Assembly: GCA_043821645.1 (NCBI GenBank)
Contig: JBDRCO010000003.1
Span: forward strand, 128,001 to 192,000
Direction: 5' to 3'
Origin: Pseudomonadota bacterium
Lineage (GTDB): Bacteria > Myxococcota > JACRCW01 > JAFGSX01
DNA length: 64,000 bases
The number at the start of each line of letters is the position of its first letter. Position 1 is the stretch's first letter. The translations under genes and the position numbers were made by a program. This document shows, piece by piece, positions 1 through 8,147 of the stretch. The notes beneath the pieces are model-generated. The model was not told the DNA's origin, made no database searches, and was given only the letters and a program-made list of their open reading frames with translations.

Positions 1-399
1 CTCCTGCGCGTCGGAGAATTCGGCCATCACCTTGTCCATCTCGTCGCCGTCGAGGGGCTCGCCGAGCTTGGCGCTCAGCTCCTCGTAGCGCGTGAGCAGG
101 GCTCGGGTCTCGGCCACGCCCTCGAGCACGTTGCCGCGCACGTCCTTGCTCGGATCCAGCTGGGGTTCCTGCGCCAGATAGCCGATGCGGGTGCCCGGGG
201 CCACCCAGATGTCGCCATCGATCTCGGTGTCGACGCCAGCCATGATGCGCATGAGGGTCGACTTGCCCGCGCCGTTGAGCCCGAGCACGCCTATCTTGGC
301 GTCCGGATAGAACGACAGACTGATGTCCTTGATGATCTCGCGGTTGGGCGCGACCACCTTGCGGACGTTCTGCATCTGGTAGATGTACTGGTGGGCCAT
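1..399 (-). CDS. ettA: Energy-dependent translational throttle protein EttA (ABC-F), 5' part; runs off the window edge
   Basis: Manual translation from the ATG at 399: MAHQYIYQMQNVRKVVAPNREIIKDISLSFYPDAKIGVLGLNGAGKSTLMRIMAG...GYLAQEPQLD. Walker A motif and typical EttA/ChvD N-terminus; GGAG SD upstream. Confidence 0.92.
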   Translation of the reverse strand, partial: MAHQYIYQMQNVRKVVAPNREIIKDISLSFYPDAKIGVLGLNGAGKSTLMRIMAGVDTEIDGDIWVAPGTRIGYLAQEPQLDPSKDVRGNVLEGVAETRALLTRYEELSAKLGEPLDGDEMDKVMAEFSDAQE

Positions 400-490
400 G
401 ATTGCAGACTCCTCGGCGTCTCTCGCGCCGGGCGCATGATCCGATGAAGCGGATGGGGCGTAAAGCGTCGGCGTGACGCGGATCGTCAGG

Positions 491-2041
491 TCAGTCCAGG
501 ATCTCGCGCGCCTTGACCGCGCTGTTCATGGGCTCCTGGCCAGGCTCCCAGGGCATGGACGCCAGGGCGCGGGCACGCGAGGTGGGCTCGTTGCCGATGT
601 CATTGGGAACCGCGTCGATGCTCTTCTTGAGCGCGCGGTAGTCGGGGTCGTTGCGGCGACTGCGATCGGACAGCCGGGTCTCGATCTCGTCCATGAGCGA
701 GCTGTCGCGCATGAACAGGCCGTAGGCGCTGACCTCGCGGCCCATGGCGTGCTGGATGATGCTCACCGAGTCGTTGCACACGCCGGTGACGCCGTAGCCC
801 GACATCTTCATGCCCTGGGCGCGTGCGCTGTCGTTGATGAGGTCGCCCATGAGCCCGGCCAGGTTGACCGCGCGCAGGGCCTCGTCACCCGAGAACTGGT
901 CGACGACCTTGCCGCCCAGCCAGTCCGGGGTCTGGTTGAGGCCATCGGGGAAGAAGCCGGTGTCGGGCACGCCCTGGTACCACTTCATGTCAGCGTCGAT
1001 ACCGGGGCCCTGGGTGGTGGGCCCGGACTTGATCGAGATCAGCAGGTCCGAGTGCAGGGCGGGCAGCACGGCCTCGTTGCCCTGGGCGTCCTTGACACCG
1101 GTGCGCATCATGACCCCGGCGGGTACGTCGTGCAGTGCGCCGTCGGGCGTTCGCGTCATCAGGCTGGCAAAGTTGGCCGCGCGGTGCTTGATGGCGACGT
1201 TCACCTCGTGGCCATCGTCCTTGAGCGCCTTGAGAAAGGTGTCCAGGCGCGTGAACTCGCCGCCCTTGTAGGCGACGCTGAAGCGCTCGCCCGCGGGCAG
1301 GTTGGCGTTGTCGGCGAGGCGGTTGAAGACCTCGGCCAGCACCACGCGCTGCTTGGCCTGGTCGTCGGGCAGGTCGCTGATGAGCCCGCCCTGGTACAGC
1401 CCTGGCGCCAGCTCCTTCATGCCGGGGTCGCCGCGGGTATAGGCCACGCTGTCGAGCTTGGCCCAGTCGAAGCTCTGGGGGAGCAGGTGCTTGGGGGCAT
1501 CGGGCTGGGCGCCGCCGCTGGCGCTGCGGGCGCGGGCCGAGGCCTGCATGGCGTCGAAGCCGTCGGCCATCTGCTGCGTCGTCACCTGCAGCATGTTGGC
1601 CAGCTTTTGTGGATCCGCCAGGGCCGCCTGCACCATGGCCGGCGGGAACTGTATGCCGGTCTCGCGCTGCAGCTGATCGATGATCTGCTGCACGGCCTGC
1701 TGGCTGCCGGGCTGGCTGGCCACGGCCGTGAGCACGTGGTTCAGGTCCACCGCCTCGGGATAGCGACCGGGCACCAGACCGAACAGGTCCTGGGGCCTGG
1801 GCGCGTCGAAGGTGCGGGCCGCCAGGTGACTGAGCGCGTTGGAGACGCCGGTGCCGTCGCCGAGGGCGCCGGTGACGTCGGGCACCACGCCGTTGGTGGT
1901 GGCTGCGTCCAGGCCTCCCGGTGGCGTCGTGGAGTTGTTGTCGACCGGAGCGTTGACGTTGGTCGTGGTCACCGGCGTGTTCGTCGTGGTGCTGTCGACG
2001 ACAGGGCGGCGAACATTGCTGCGGTTGTCGATGGCGGTCAT
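491..2041 (-). CDS. Hypothetical protein (516 aa) with Thr/Asn-rich disordered N-terminus; possible His/Cys hydrolase
   Basis: Long ORF with strong GC3 bias; CAGGAG SD before the ATG at 2041 (MTAIDNRS...). Motifs ALHSD, WYQG, GYGVTGVCNDSV. Confidence 0.8.
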   Translation of the reverse strand: MTAIDNRSNVRRPVVDSTTTNTPVTTTNVNAPVDNNSTTPPGGLDAATTNGVVPDVTGALGDGTGVSNALSHLAARTFDAPRPQDLFGLVPGRYPEAVDLNHVLTAVASQPGSQQAVQQIIDQLQRETGIQFPPAMVQAALADPQKLANMLQVTTQQMADGFDAMQASARARSASGGAQPDAPKHLLPQSFDWAKLDSVAYTRGDPGMKELAPGLYQGGLISDLPDDQAKQRVVLAEVFNRLADNANLPAGERFSVAYKGGEFTRLDTFLKALKDDGHEVNVAIKHRAANFASLMTRTPDGALHDVPAGVMMRTGVKDAQGNEAVLPALHSDLLISIKSGPTTQGPGIDADMKWYQGVPDTGFFPDGLNQTPDWLGGKVVDQFSGDEALRAVNLAGLMGDLINDSARAQGMKMSGYGVTGVCNDSVSIIQHAMGREVSAYGLFMRDSSLMDEIETRLSDRSRRNDPDYRALKKSIDAVPNDIGNEPTSRARALASMPWEPGQEPMNSAVKAREILD

Positions 2042-2058
2042 GCAGGCTCCTGTGTTCG

Positions 2059-2085
2059 AAAAAAAAGCGTCAATCCGGCCGACGC
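2059..2085 (-). terminator. Intrinsic terminator-like hairpin plus U8 overlapping the stop codon of the upstream CDS
   Basis: Minus strand reads GCGTCGG-ccgga-TTGACGC-TTTTTTTT (5 Watson-Crick and 2 G:U pairs, then 8 T). Confidence 0.55.
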
Positions 2086-4283
2086 GTGTGACTGCTGGGG
2101 TCCAGCATGTGATCGGTGACCGTGCTGGGGTGCGCGGGCGCGCCGTTTTCCTGCACGCCGTACTCGCGGCCATAGTACTTGACCCGCACGCTGGCCACGG
2201 TCTCGTCCATGCCCGCCATGCGGCTCAGGGCGAGGACCTCGGGAAGGTTCTCGTAGTCGTACTTCTGCAGCATGGTGTTGAGCTTGCCCACCCACTGGCC
2301 CTGTTCCGAACTCTCGCCGAGCGAGCGCATGTTGTCGCTGAACCTGCCGGCGTCACCCACCGCCTCGGCATAGCCCCAGCTATCGCCCCACCTGATATCG
2401 ACGCCCGCGTCCTGCGCGGCGCGGTAGAACTCGCGGATTGCGGTGTCCTGCTTCTTCGTGTCCTCCGGGTCGTTGCCAGGAGTCTGCTTGAGCTGCTGGT
2501 ACTCGCGCGCTGCCTGCATCGCAGCCGGAACGTTGACGAGCTCGGTGATGCGGGACAGTTCGGGCTTGACCGTGGCCGTGGCGGCAGCGTGGGCCCGCAG
2601 GAGCTTGGTCTCGGCCTCGGGTCCGTGGGTGGCATCCAGGATGTTGTGCATGCCTTGCTGGCTGTACACGACGTCGTAGCTGCGCTCGGTGTTGTCCTTC
2701 GCTGAGAACAGCACGCGACCCTCGAACTCGGGTGCATCCGACAGGTCGACCCCGAACTCGCGGGCGAAGTTCTTGTAGTGTGCCATCTCCTTCTGAAAGG
2801 TGGCGGTGTCGTCCATGTTGTTGCGGACGTTGAGGTAAGGAGTCTCCTTGATGTTGCCCTGGGGGTCCTTCTCCATCAGGTAGGCCGCGTCCCAGTTGGT
2901 CTGTTGCGAACCCGTGATGATGTTGCTGCCGTGCCGATCAAAGTCGGATCGTCGGAGCCAGGCCTCATGCCCGTCGGGCGTGCGCACGTGCAGCTCGCCG
3001 TTGGTGGCGGTCAGGCGCTTGAGGAGCAGCTTCTTGTCGAAGAACTCGATCTTGGCCATCATGGCCGTCGACGAGGTCTCGCCCGTGGCGGTGATGCGCT
3101 GCACTCCGGACTGCTCGGGGTGCTGGCTTGCACGCTCCAGGGCCTTGTCATTGAGCAGGATGCCCTTGTCGTAGTTGGCCGCGGCGTTGGGGTTCTTGGT
3201 GTCGTACACCGACACCGCGATCTGCCTGTCGTTCTCGTAGGTCCCGCTGCTGACCGTGGCACTGATCTTCAGCTTGTTGACCAGGTCGGCGACCTTGTCT
3301 GCGGCCAATCCCCCCACGTGGTCTCCGAGCTTCTGATTTCGCAGCGAGGGAACCTTGGCGAACAGCTCGTCCTCGACGGGTCCATCGCCGACCTGCAGGC
3401 CAACGCTGGCTTGCAGGGAGGCCGAGCGAGATTTCCCGTCGAGCTCGGTGAGGGTGCTGGCATAGAAACCGTTGTCCAGGGCCTCGCCCTTGAGTTCGTA
3501 CATCTTCTCTGTCCCGCTCGACACGCTCGCCGAGACGCTGGCAGCCAGACCCACCGGTCCGGCGAGGGGCGTCAGCGAACTCGAACTGGCGCCTACCGAT
3601 GCGCTGGCCGTGCCGCGGCCCGTGACCTTCCAGCTCGAGCCCGGCTCCATGGCAAAGGCCGCGTCCGACTTGAGTGGAAGATCCACCGAGTAGTCCTTGA
3701 AGACCTGCTTGACTACGTCCTTGGTGCCGCTGGTCAGCTTGCGCTTGTCCTCGGCGGTCACCGTGTAGGGCTGGGTGGTCTCGTAGACCAGGTAGCCGTC
3801 GGCGGCGAAGCCCGCGCTGGCGGGAAGCCCGGGGAGACCCCTTGCGACATGGGACCCTGCGTGGACAGCCACCTGAGTCTTGAGCCACACCACGTCCTTG
3901 CCGGTCTCGGCCTGGATGCGCTCGGCGGTCTGCTTTTGCAGCGCGGTCTGATGTTCCGGATTGATGATGTCCTCGGACAGCTTGATGCCGACGGGACCAA
4001 CGCTAGCGCCGACGCTGTGTTCCTTGCGGATCTCGTCCAGGGTCATGACCTTGACCTTGTCGACGGCCTTGTCAAAGGTCCGGCGCACCACACCCGGACG
4101 CTCTGTCCTGTCCACGCCATCGCTGTGCGTCCCCTCGGTCACCGCACTGGTCGCGGTCACGGTGGAGGTGCTCGCGGCTTCTCCCGTACCGGCCGTGTTG
4201 GTGGTTCCGCCTGACGTGGTGGTCGTCGCGGGGTCGCTGGAGTTCGTGCGTGTGGTCGGCGTGCGGGTGTTGATGCCGGTCAT
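2070..4283 (-). CDS. Hypothetical protein (737 aa) with Thr/Ser-rich N-terminus and beta-strand-rich core
   Basis: Long ORF; AAGGAG SD 5 nt before the ATG at 4283; no Sec signal peptide; alternating small/hydrophobic runs (ASASVGAS, AASVSASVSSG, SASLQASVGLQVG). Confidence 0.8.
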   Translation of the reverse strand: MTGINTRTPTTRTNSSDPATTTTSGGTTNTAGTGEAASTSTVTATSAVTEGTHSDGVDRTERPGVVRRTFDKAVDKVKVMTLDEIRKEHSVGASVGPVGIKLSEDIINPEHQTALQKQTAERIQAETGKDVVWLKTQVAVHAGSHVARGLPGLPASAGFAADGYLVYETTQPYTVTAEDKRKLTSGTKDVVKQVFKDYSVDLPLKSDAAFAMEPGSSWKVTGRGTASASVGASSSSLTPLAGPVGLAASVSASVSSGTEKMYELKGEALDNGFYASTLTELDGKSRSASLQASVGLQVGDGPVEDELFAKVPSLRNQKLGDHVGGLAADKVADLVNKLKISATVSSGTYENDRQIAVSVYDTKNPNAAANYDKGILLNDKALERASQHPEQSGVQRITATGETSSTAMMAKIEFFDKKLLLKRLTATNGELHVRTPDGHEAWLRRSDFDRHGSNIITGSQQTNWDAAYLMEKDPQGNIKETPYLNVRNNMDDTATFQKEMAHYKNFAREFGVDLSDAPEFEGRVLFSAKDNTERSYDVVYSQQGMHNILDATHGPEAETKLLRAHAAATATVKPELSRITELVNVPAAMQAAREYQQLKQTPGNDPEDTKKQDTAIREFYRAAQDAGVDIRWGDSWGYAEAVGDAGRFSDNMRSLGESSEQGQWVGKLNTMLQKYDYENLPEVLALSRMAGMDETVASVRVKYYGREYGVQENGAPAHPSTVTDHMLDPSSHTRRPD

Positions 4284-4518
4284 GGTCACTCCTTGACGGA
4301 CAGGGGGACGAGCCTCTCAGCCTGTTCACTATCAATGGCCGGAGGATTTTGGCAGCTGGCTTGGTCTCACCCTCGGTTTGCAGAATCAGGGAGTGCGAAA
4401 CTGCACCCCGCAGCCCACACCTCGACCTCTCACCGAGTCGTCACCGCCTCGCGAGCCCGGCGAGCACCGCGCCGCCGGGAGCGTTGGCGGGGCGGGGCCA
4501 TCGACGCTTCGCCAGAGG

Positions 4519-5295
4519 CTACAGTGGGGACCGGATCAACCCACCGTCGACGGCCAGACAGGTGCCGGTGATGTAGCGAGCGCGGGCGCTGGAGAGGAAC
4601 AGCACGGCCCCGGCGACGTCGTCCGGGCTGCCGATGCGGTGCAGCGGGATCTCCTCGGCCCAGCGCGCGTATGTGCCCTCGATGTTACCGCCGCTTTCTC
4701 GCGCCAGGGTGCGCAGCCGCTCGGTGTCGGTGCGGCCGGTGAGAATGCAGTTCGAGCGCACGCCGCGTGCGCCCTCGATGTCGGCAATGGACTTGCTCAG
4801 CCCCACCACGGCCAGGCGCAGAGCATTGGAGAGCATCAGGTTGGGCTCGGGCTGCTTGACGGTCAAGCTGGTCAGATGCACCAGGCTGCCGCGCGAGGAG
4901 CGCAGGTAGGGCAGGGCCGAACGGCACAGGCGCTCGACCGAGCGCAGCGTGGTGTTGATGCCCACGCCGAAGGTTTGCTCGGCCACGCTGTCAAAGGTTC
5001 CCGACGGAGGCCCGCCGCAGTTGGTGACCAGCACATCGATGCCGCCCCAGGTCTCGATACCGTCGCGGACAAAGGTCTCCGCGCCCAGCGAGGTGGTCAG
5101 GTCGCACAGGGTCGAGGAGGCTCCGGCCGCGCCCACGGCAAAGCAGGCGTGCACCACATCTTCGAGGGCCGAGGCGTCGCGACCGCAGATGTGGACGTTG
5201 GCGCCCTCCTGGCCAAACGCGATGGCGACGGCCCGACCAATGCCCTTGGAGGCTGCGGCGACGAAGACATTCTTGCCAGCCAGCTCGAGGTCCAT
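4519..5295 (-). CDS. SDR family oxidoreductase (3-oxoacyl-ACP reductase-like)
   Basis: AASKGIG NAD(P)-binding motif, DVLVTNCGGPP, SNALR and YITG...VDGG C-terminal SDR motifs; GGAGG SD. Confidence 0.9.
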   Translation of the reverse strand: MDLELAGKNVFVAAASKGIGRAVAIAFGQEGANVHICGRDASALEDVVHACFAVGAAGASSTLCDLTTSLGAETFVRDGIETWGGIDVLVTNCGGPPSGTFDSVAEQTFGVGINTTLRSVERLCRSALPYLRSSRGSLVHLTSLTVKQPEPNLMLSNALRLAVVGLSKSIADIEGARGVRSNCILTGRTDTERLRTLARESGGNIEGTYARWAEEIPLHRIGSPDDVAGAVLFLSSARARYITGTCLAVDGGLIRSPL

Positions 5296-5460
5296 CTTTT
5301 CCTCCGCATTCTCCGCACGTCTGGGGGGGGCCGGACGACCGGGTGGCCCGGACCAGACCGGCCACGCCTTGGTGGTGCGCAGAGAATATGGTCCTGTAGC
5401 GCAAAAGCCAGGTCCGCGGAAGACATCGCACCACTCCGATGACGCATCGCGACGTGGCTC

Positions 5461-5489
5461 TTGAACGACCGGGCGCGCGGGCCTATGCT
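5461..5489 (+). promoter_or_regulatory. Putative sigma70-type promoter of mdh
   Basis: TTGAAC-N17-TATGCT about 105 nt upstream of the mdh start. Confidence 0.5.
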
Positions 5490-5593
5490 CCGCGCCGTCC
5501 GCGTGGGGTCCCTGAGATCACAGCAGGGCAAGGTCGCACGCGGCGTGCACAGGACACACAATCCAGAGGTCCCTTGGGACAGGAGGCACGGAC

Positions 5594-6601
5594 ATGTTGA
5601 ACAAGATTGGCGTCATTGGTGGTGGATACATCGGCGGTGTGCTGGTGCAGGAGATCGTGCGGCGCAGGCTGGCCAAGAACGTGGCCCTGACCGACCCGGC
5701 TCCCTTCGTCAACGCGAGCGATCCACCGGAGAAGCAGGAAGTCACCAAGAAGCAGGGCGTGGCCAAGGGCAAGGCGCTGGACATCCTCGCCGGCACCCCG
5801 ATCATGGGCAGCGACGTCAAGATCGAGGCCAGCCGCGACTATGACGTGCTCAAGGGCTGTGATCTGATCATCAGCACCGCAGGTGTCCCGCGCAAGGCGC
5901 GCCCCGACGGCACCTTCCCCAGCCGCGAGGAGCTGCTCTCGATCAACCTCAAGGTCACCGGCCAGGTGGCGGACGCCATCGGCAAGTACTGCAAGGACGC
6001 GATCGTCATCAACATCGCCAACCCGCTCGATGCCATCGTGTACACGCTGTTCAAGAAGCTCGCCCCACCCAAGGCCAAGCTGCTGGGCATGGCTGGCGTG
6101 CTCGACTCGGCGCGCTATCGCTACTTCGTGGCCGACGCCGCCAACGTCAGCGTCGAGAATGTCGAGGCCGTGGTGCTCGGTGGCCATGGCGACGACATGG
6201 TGCCCGTGCGCTCGTGCTGCCGCGTCGCCGGTATGCCGGTCGAGAAGTTCGTGCCCGCGGACAAGCTGGATGCCATCGAGAGCCGCACGCGCAAGGCGGG
6301 TGGCGAGGTTGTGGGTCTGCTGGGCTTCGGCTCGGCCTTTGTGTCCCCGGCCTTCAGCGCTCTCGAGATGGCCGAGGCCATCATCTACGACAAGCGCAAG
6401 ATCATCCCTGTGTGCACCCTGCTCGAGGGTGAGTACGGCATCAAGGGCCTGTTCGTGGGCGTGCCCGCGATCGTGGGCAAGAACGGCATCGAGAAGATCA
6501 TCGAGGTCGACCTCAACGAGGGCGAGAAGGCTGCTCTGGCCAAGAGCGTCGAGGGCGTCAAGAAGACCTGCGCCGAGGTCGACACCCTTCTCAACAAGTA
6601 A
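5594..6601 (+). CDS. mdh: Malate dehydrogenase (LDH-like MDH) with two loop insertions
   Basis: GGGYIG, GKALD, TAGVPRK, NPLD, GMAGVLDSAR, GGHGDDMVP, RTRKAGGEVV; AGGAGG SD. Confidence 0.9.
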   Translation: MLNKIGVIGGGYIGGVLVQEIVRRRLAKNVALTDPAPFVNASDPPEKQEVTKKQGVAKGKALDILAGTPIMGSDVKIEASRDYDVLKGCDLIISTAGVPRKARPDGTFPSREELLSINLKVTGQVADAIGKYCKDAIVINIANPLDAIVYTLFKKLAPPKAKLLGMAGVLDSARYRYFVADAANVSVENVEAVVLGGHGDDMVPVRSCCRVAGMPVEKFVPADKLDAIESRTRKAGGEVVGLLGFGSAFVSPAFSALEMAEAIIYDKRKIIPVCTLLEGEYGIKGLFVGVPAIVGKNGIEKIIEVDLNEGEKAALAKSVEGVKKTCAEVDTLLNK

Positions 6602-6607
6602 TTCCCG

Positions 6608-6646
6608 CTCCTGCACCGGGTGCTCCTCGGGGCACCCGGTGCGGAG
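6608..6646 (+). terminator. Strong stem-loop immediately after mdh (terminator or stabiliser; no U tract)
   Basis: GCACCGGGTGC (6613-6623) pairs perfectly with GCACCCGGTGC (6632-6642). Confidence 0.45.
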
Positions 6647-7353
6647 TGTCCCTCCCTGTGACCAGCGCTCCCCTACTTTGCGCGACAGGCCTGCACCGTT
6701 CGGTGCAGCAAGGCGAGCGACCGCGCGTCCTGTTCTCCGACGTCGAACTCGAGCTGTCATCCGCCGAGCGGGTGCTGCTTGGTGGTCCCTCCGGTGCTGG
6801 GAAAAGCAGCCTGCTGCGCTGCTTGGTGGGGCTGGATCCTCTGCAGCGCGGCACACTCGTCCTCGACGGGGCACCCGTCACCGCCAACGAAGGTCCTCGA
6901 CTGCGTGCCCAGATCGGCTACGTCGCGCAGACCCCGCGGGTGCGCGCGGGCAGCGTCGCCGCCTATCTCGACGAGCCCTGGTCCTTTGCGGTGCACCGCG
7001 GCCGGTCACAGTCCCGGGCCGAGCGCGATCGGCTGGTGTCCGCTCTGGGCTTCACCGAGGACCAGCTCGAGACCTCGACCGATGGCCTGTCCGGTGGTGA
7101 GCGCAAACGGCTGGCCTTGCTGCGCGCGCTGTGGCTGGAACCGCGAGCCTTGCTGCTCGACGAGCCGAGTGCAGGGCTCGATCCCGAGCGCATCGACGCG
7201 GTGCTGGCCGAGATAGATCGCTTCGTCGAGCGGGGTGGGGCGGTGGTCGTGGTCAGCCACGACCTGGGTGCTGCGCGGATACGGCCATCGAGATCCTGGC
7301 AGCTGGCCAGCGGGACGTTCACGGTGCAGCAACCCGAGCGGAGCAGCCCATGA
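6646..7353 (+). CDS. ABC transporter ATP-binding protein (FetA/YbbL-like); start uncertain
   Basis: GPSGAGKS Walker A, LSGGERKR signature, LLLDEP Walker B, SHD; overlaps the permease by ATGA. Confidence 0.85.
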   Translation: MSLPVTSAPLLCATGLHRSVQQGERPRVLFSDVELELSSAERVLLGGPSGAGKSSLLRCLVGLDPLQRGTLVLDGAPVTANEGPRLRAQIGYVAQTPRVRAGSVAAYLDEPWSFAVHRGRSQSRAERDRLVSALGFTEDQLETSTDGLSGGERKRLALLRALWLEPRALLLDEPSAGLDPERIDAVLAEIDRFVERGGAVVVVSHDLGAARIRPSRSWQLASGTFTVQQPERSSP

Positions 7354-8147
7354 ACGGGGCCATGCCCGTCGGTGTGTCCGAGCTCCTCATCGCGGCCTCC
7401 CTGGTGGCGCTGTCCGCTGCTGTATCGATGCTGCTGCGCCTGGGTCTGACCCGTCGCATCGCCATCGCGTCCCTGCGCACCGCCGTCCAGCTGCTGGCCG
7501 TCGGCTACCTGCTCAAGATCGTGTTCAGCGTCGAGGCGGCCTGGCCGGTTGTGGTGGCGCTGCTCGCGATGACGGGGGTGGCGGGCTGGTCCGCGCTGGG
7601 TCGCGTCGAGCGCAGTGTGCCGGGCGCCTTCGGTCTGGCGCTGGTGTCCATCGCGCTATCGGCCTTCGTGGCCACCGGTGTGGTGACCCAGCTCGCCCTG
7701 GGCATCACACCCTGGTACCACGCCCAGTACCTGATCCCGCTGGCTGGCATGGTGCTGGGCAACTCCCTCACGGGGATCTCCCTGGCCATGGACCGATTGC
7801 TGGCCGGTCTCGACGAGCAGCGCGAGGTGGTCGAGGAGAGGCTGGCTGCCGGAGCCACGCCCTGGGAGGCCGCGCGACCGCTCATCGTGGTGGCGGTCCG
7901 CGCAGCCATGGTGCCGACGCTGAATGCCATGACGGTCGCGGGCATCGTCAGTTTGCCCGGCATGATGACGGGTCAGATCCTCGCGGGCGCGGATCCGGTG
8001 CAGGCGGTCGGCTACCAGATCGTCATCATGTTCATGCTGTGCGGTGCCACCGCGCTGGGCGGCATGCTGCTCGGCACGCTGGTGTTCCGCTCGCTGCTGG
8101 GTCCGCCCGGGCGGATCCGCTTCGAGGTCATGACGCGCCGGGGCTAG
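7350..8147 (+). CDS. fetB: ABC transporter permease, FetB/YbbM (UPF0014) family
   Basis: RTAVQLLAVGY, YLIPLAGMVLGNS, GIVSLPGMMTGQILAGADPVQAVGYQI family motifs. Confidence 0.88.
   Translation: MNGAMPVGVSELLIAASLVALSAAVSMLLRLGLTRRIAIASLRTAVQLLAVGYLLKIVFSVEAAWPVVVALLAMTGVAGWSALGRVERSVPGAFGLALVSIALSAFVATGVVTQLALGITPWYHAQYLIPLAGMVLGNSLTGISLAMDRLLAGLDEQREVVEERLAAGATPWEAARPLIVVAVRAAMVPTLNAMTVAGIVSLPGMMTGQILAGADPVQAVGYQIVIMFMLCGATALGGMLLGTLVFRSLLGPPGRIRFEVMTRRG

Noticed and set aside
473..2119. Long antisense or alternate-frame ORFs, e.g. 473-2119 +, 29243-31015 +, 47202-48887 -, 59819-62488 -
   Set aside because: Shadow ORFs expected in high-GC DNA; they overlap well-supported genes and have no recognisable motifs.
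4320..4350. Possible sigma28-like promoter (minus strand CAAAAT...ATTGATAG) upstream of the orphan pair
   Set aside because: Match to TAAA-N15-GCCGATAA is poor in both sequence and spacing.
5323..5330. G8 homopolymer upstream of the SDR gene (also C9 at 63012-63020) as phase-variation tracts
   Set aside because: Intergenic and not clearly inside a promoter spacer; cannot be distinguished from chance in GC-rich DNA.
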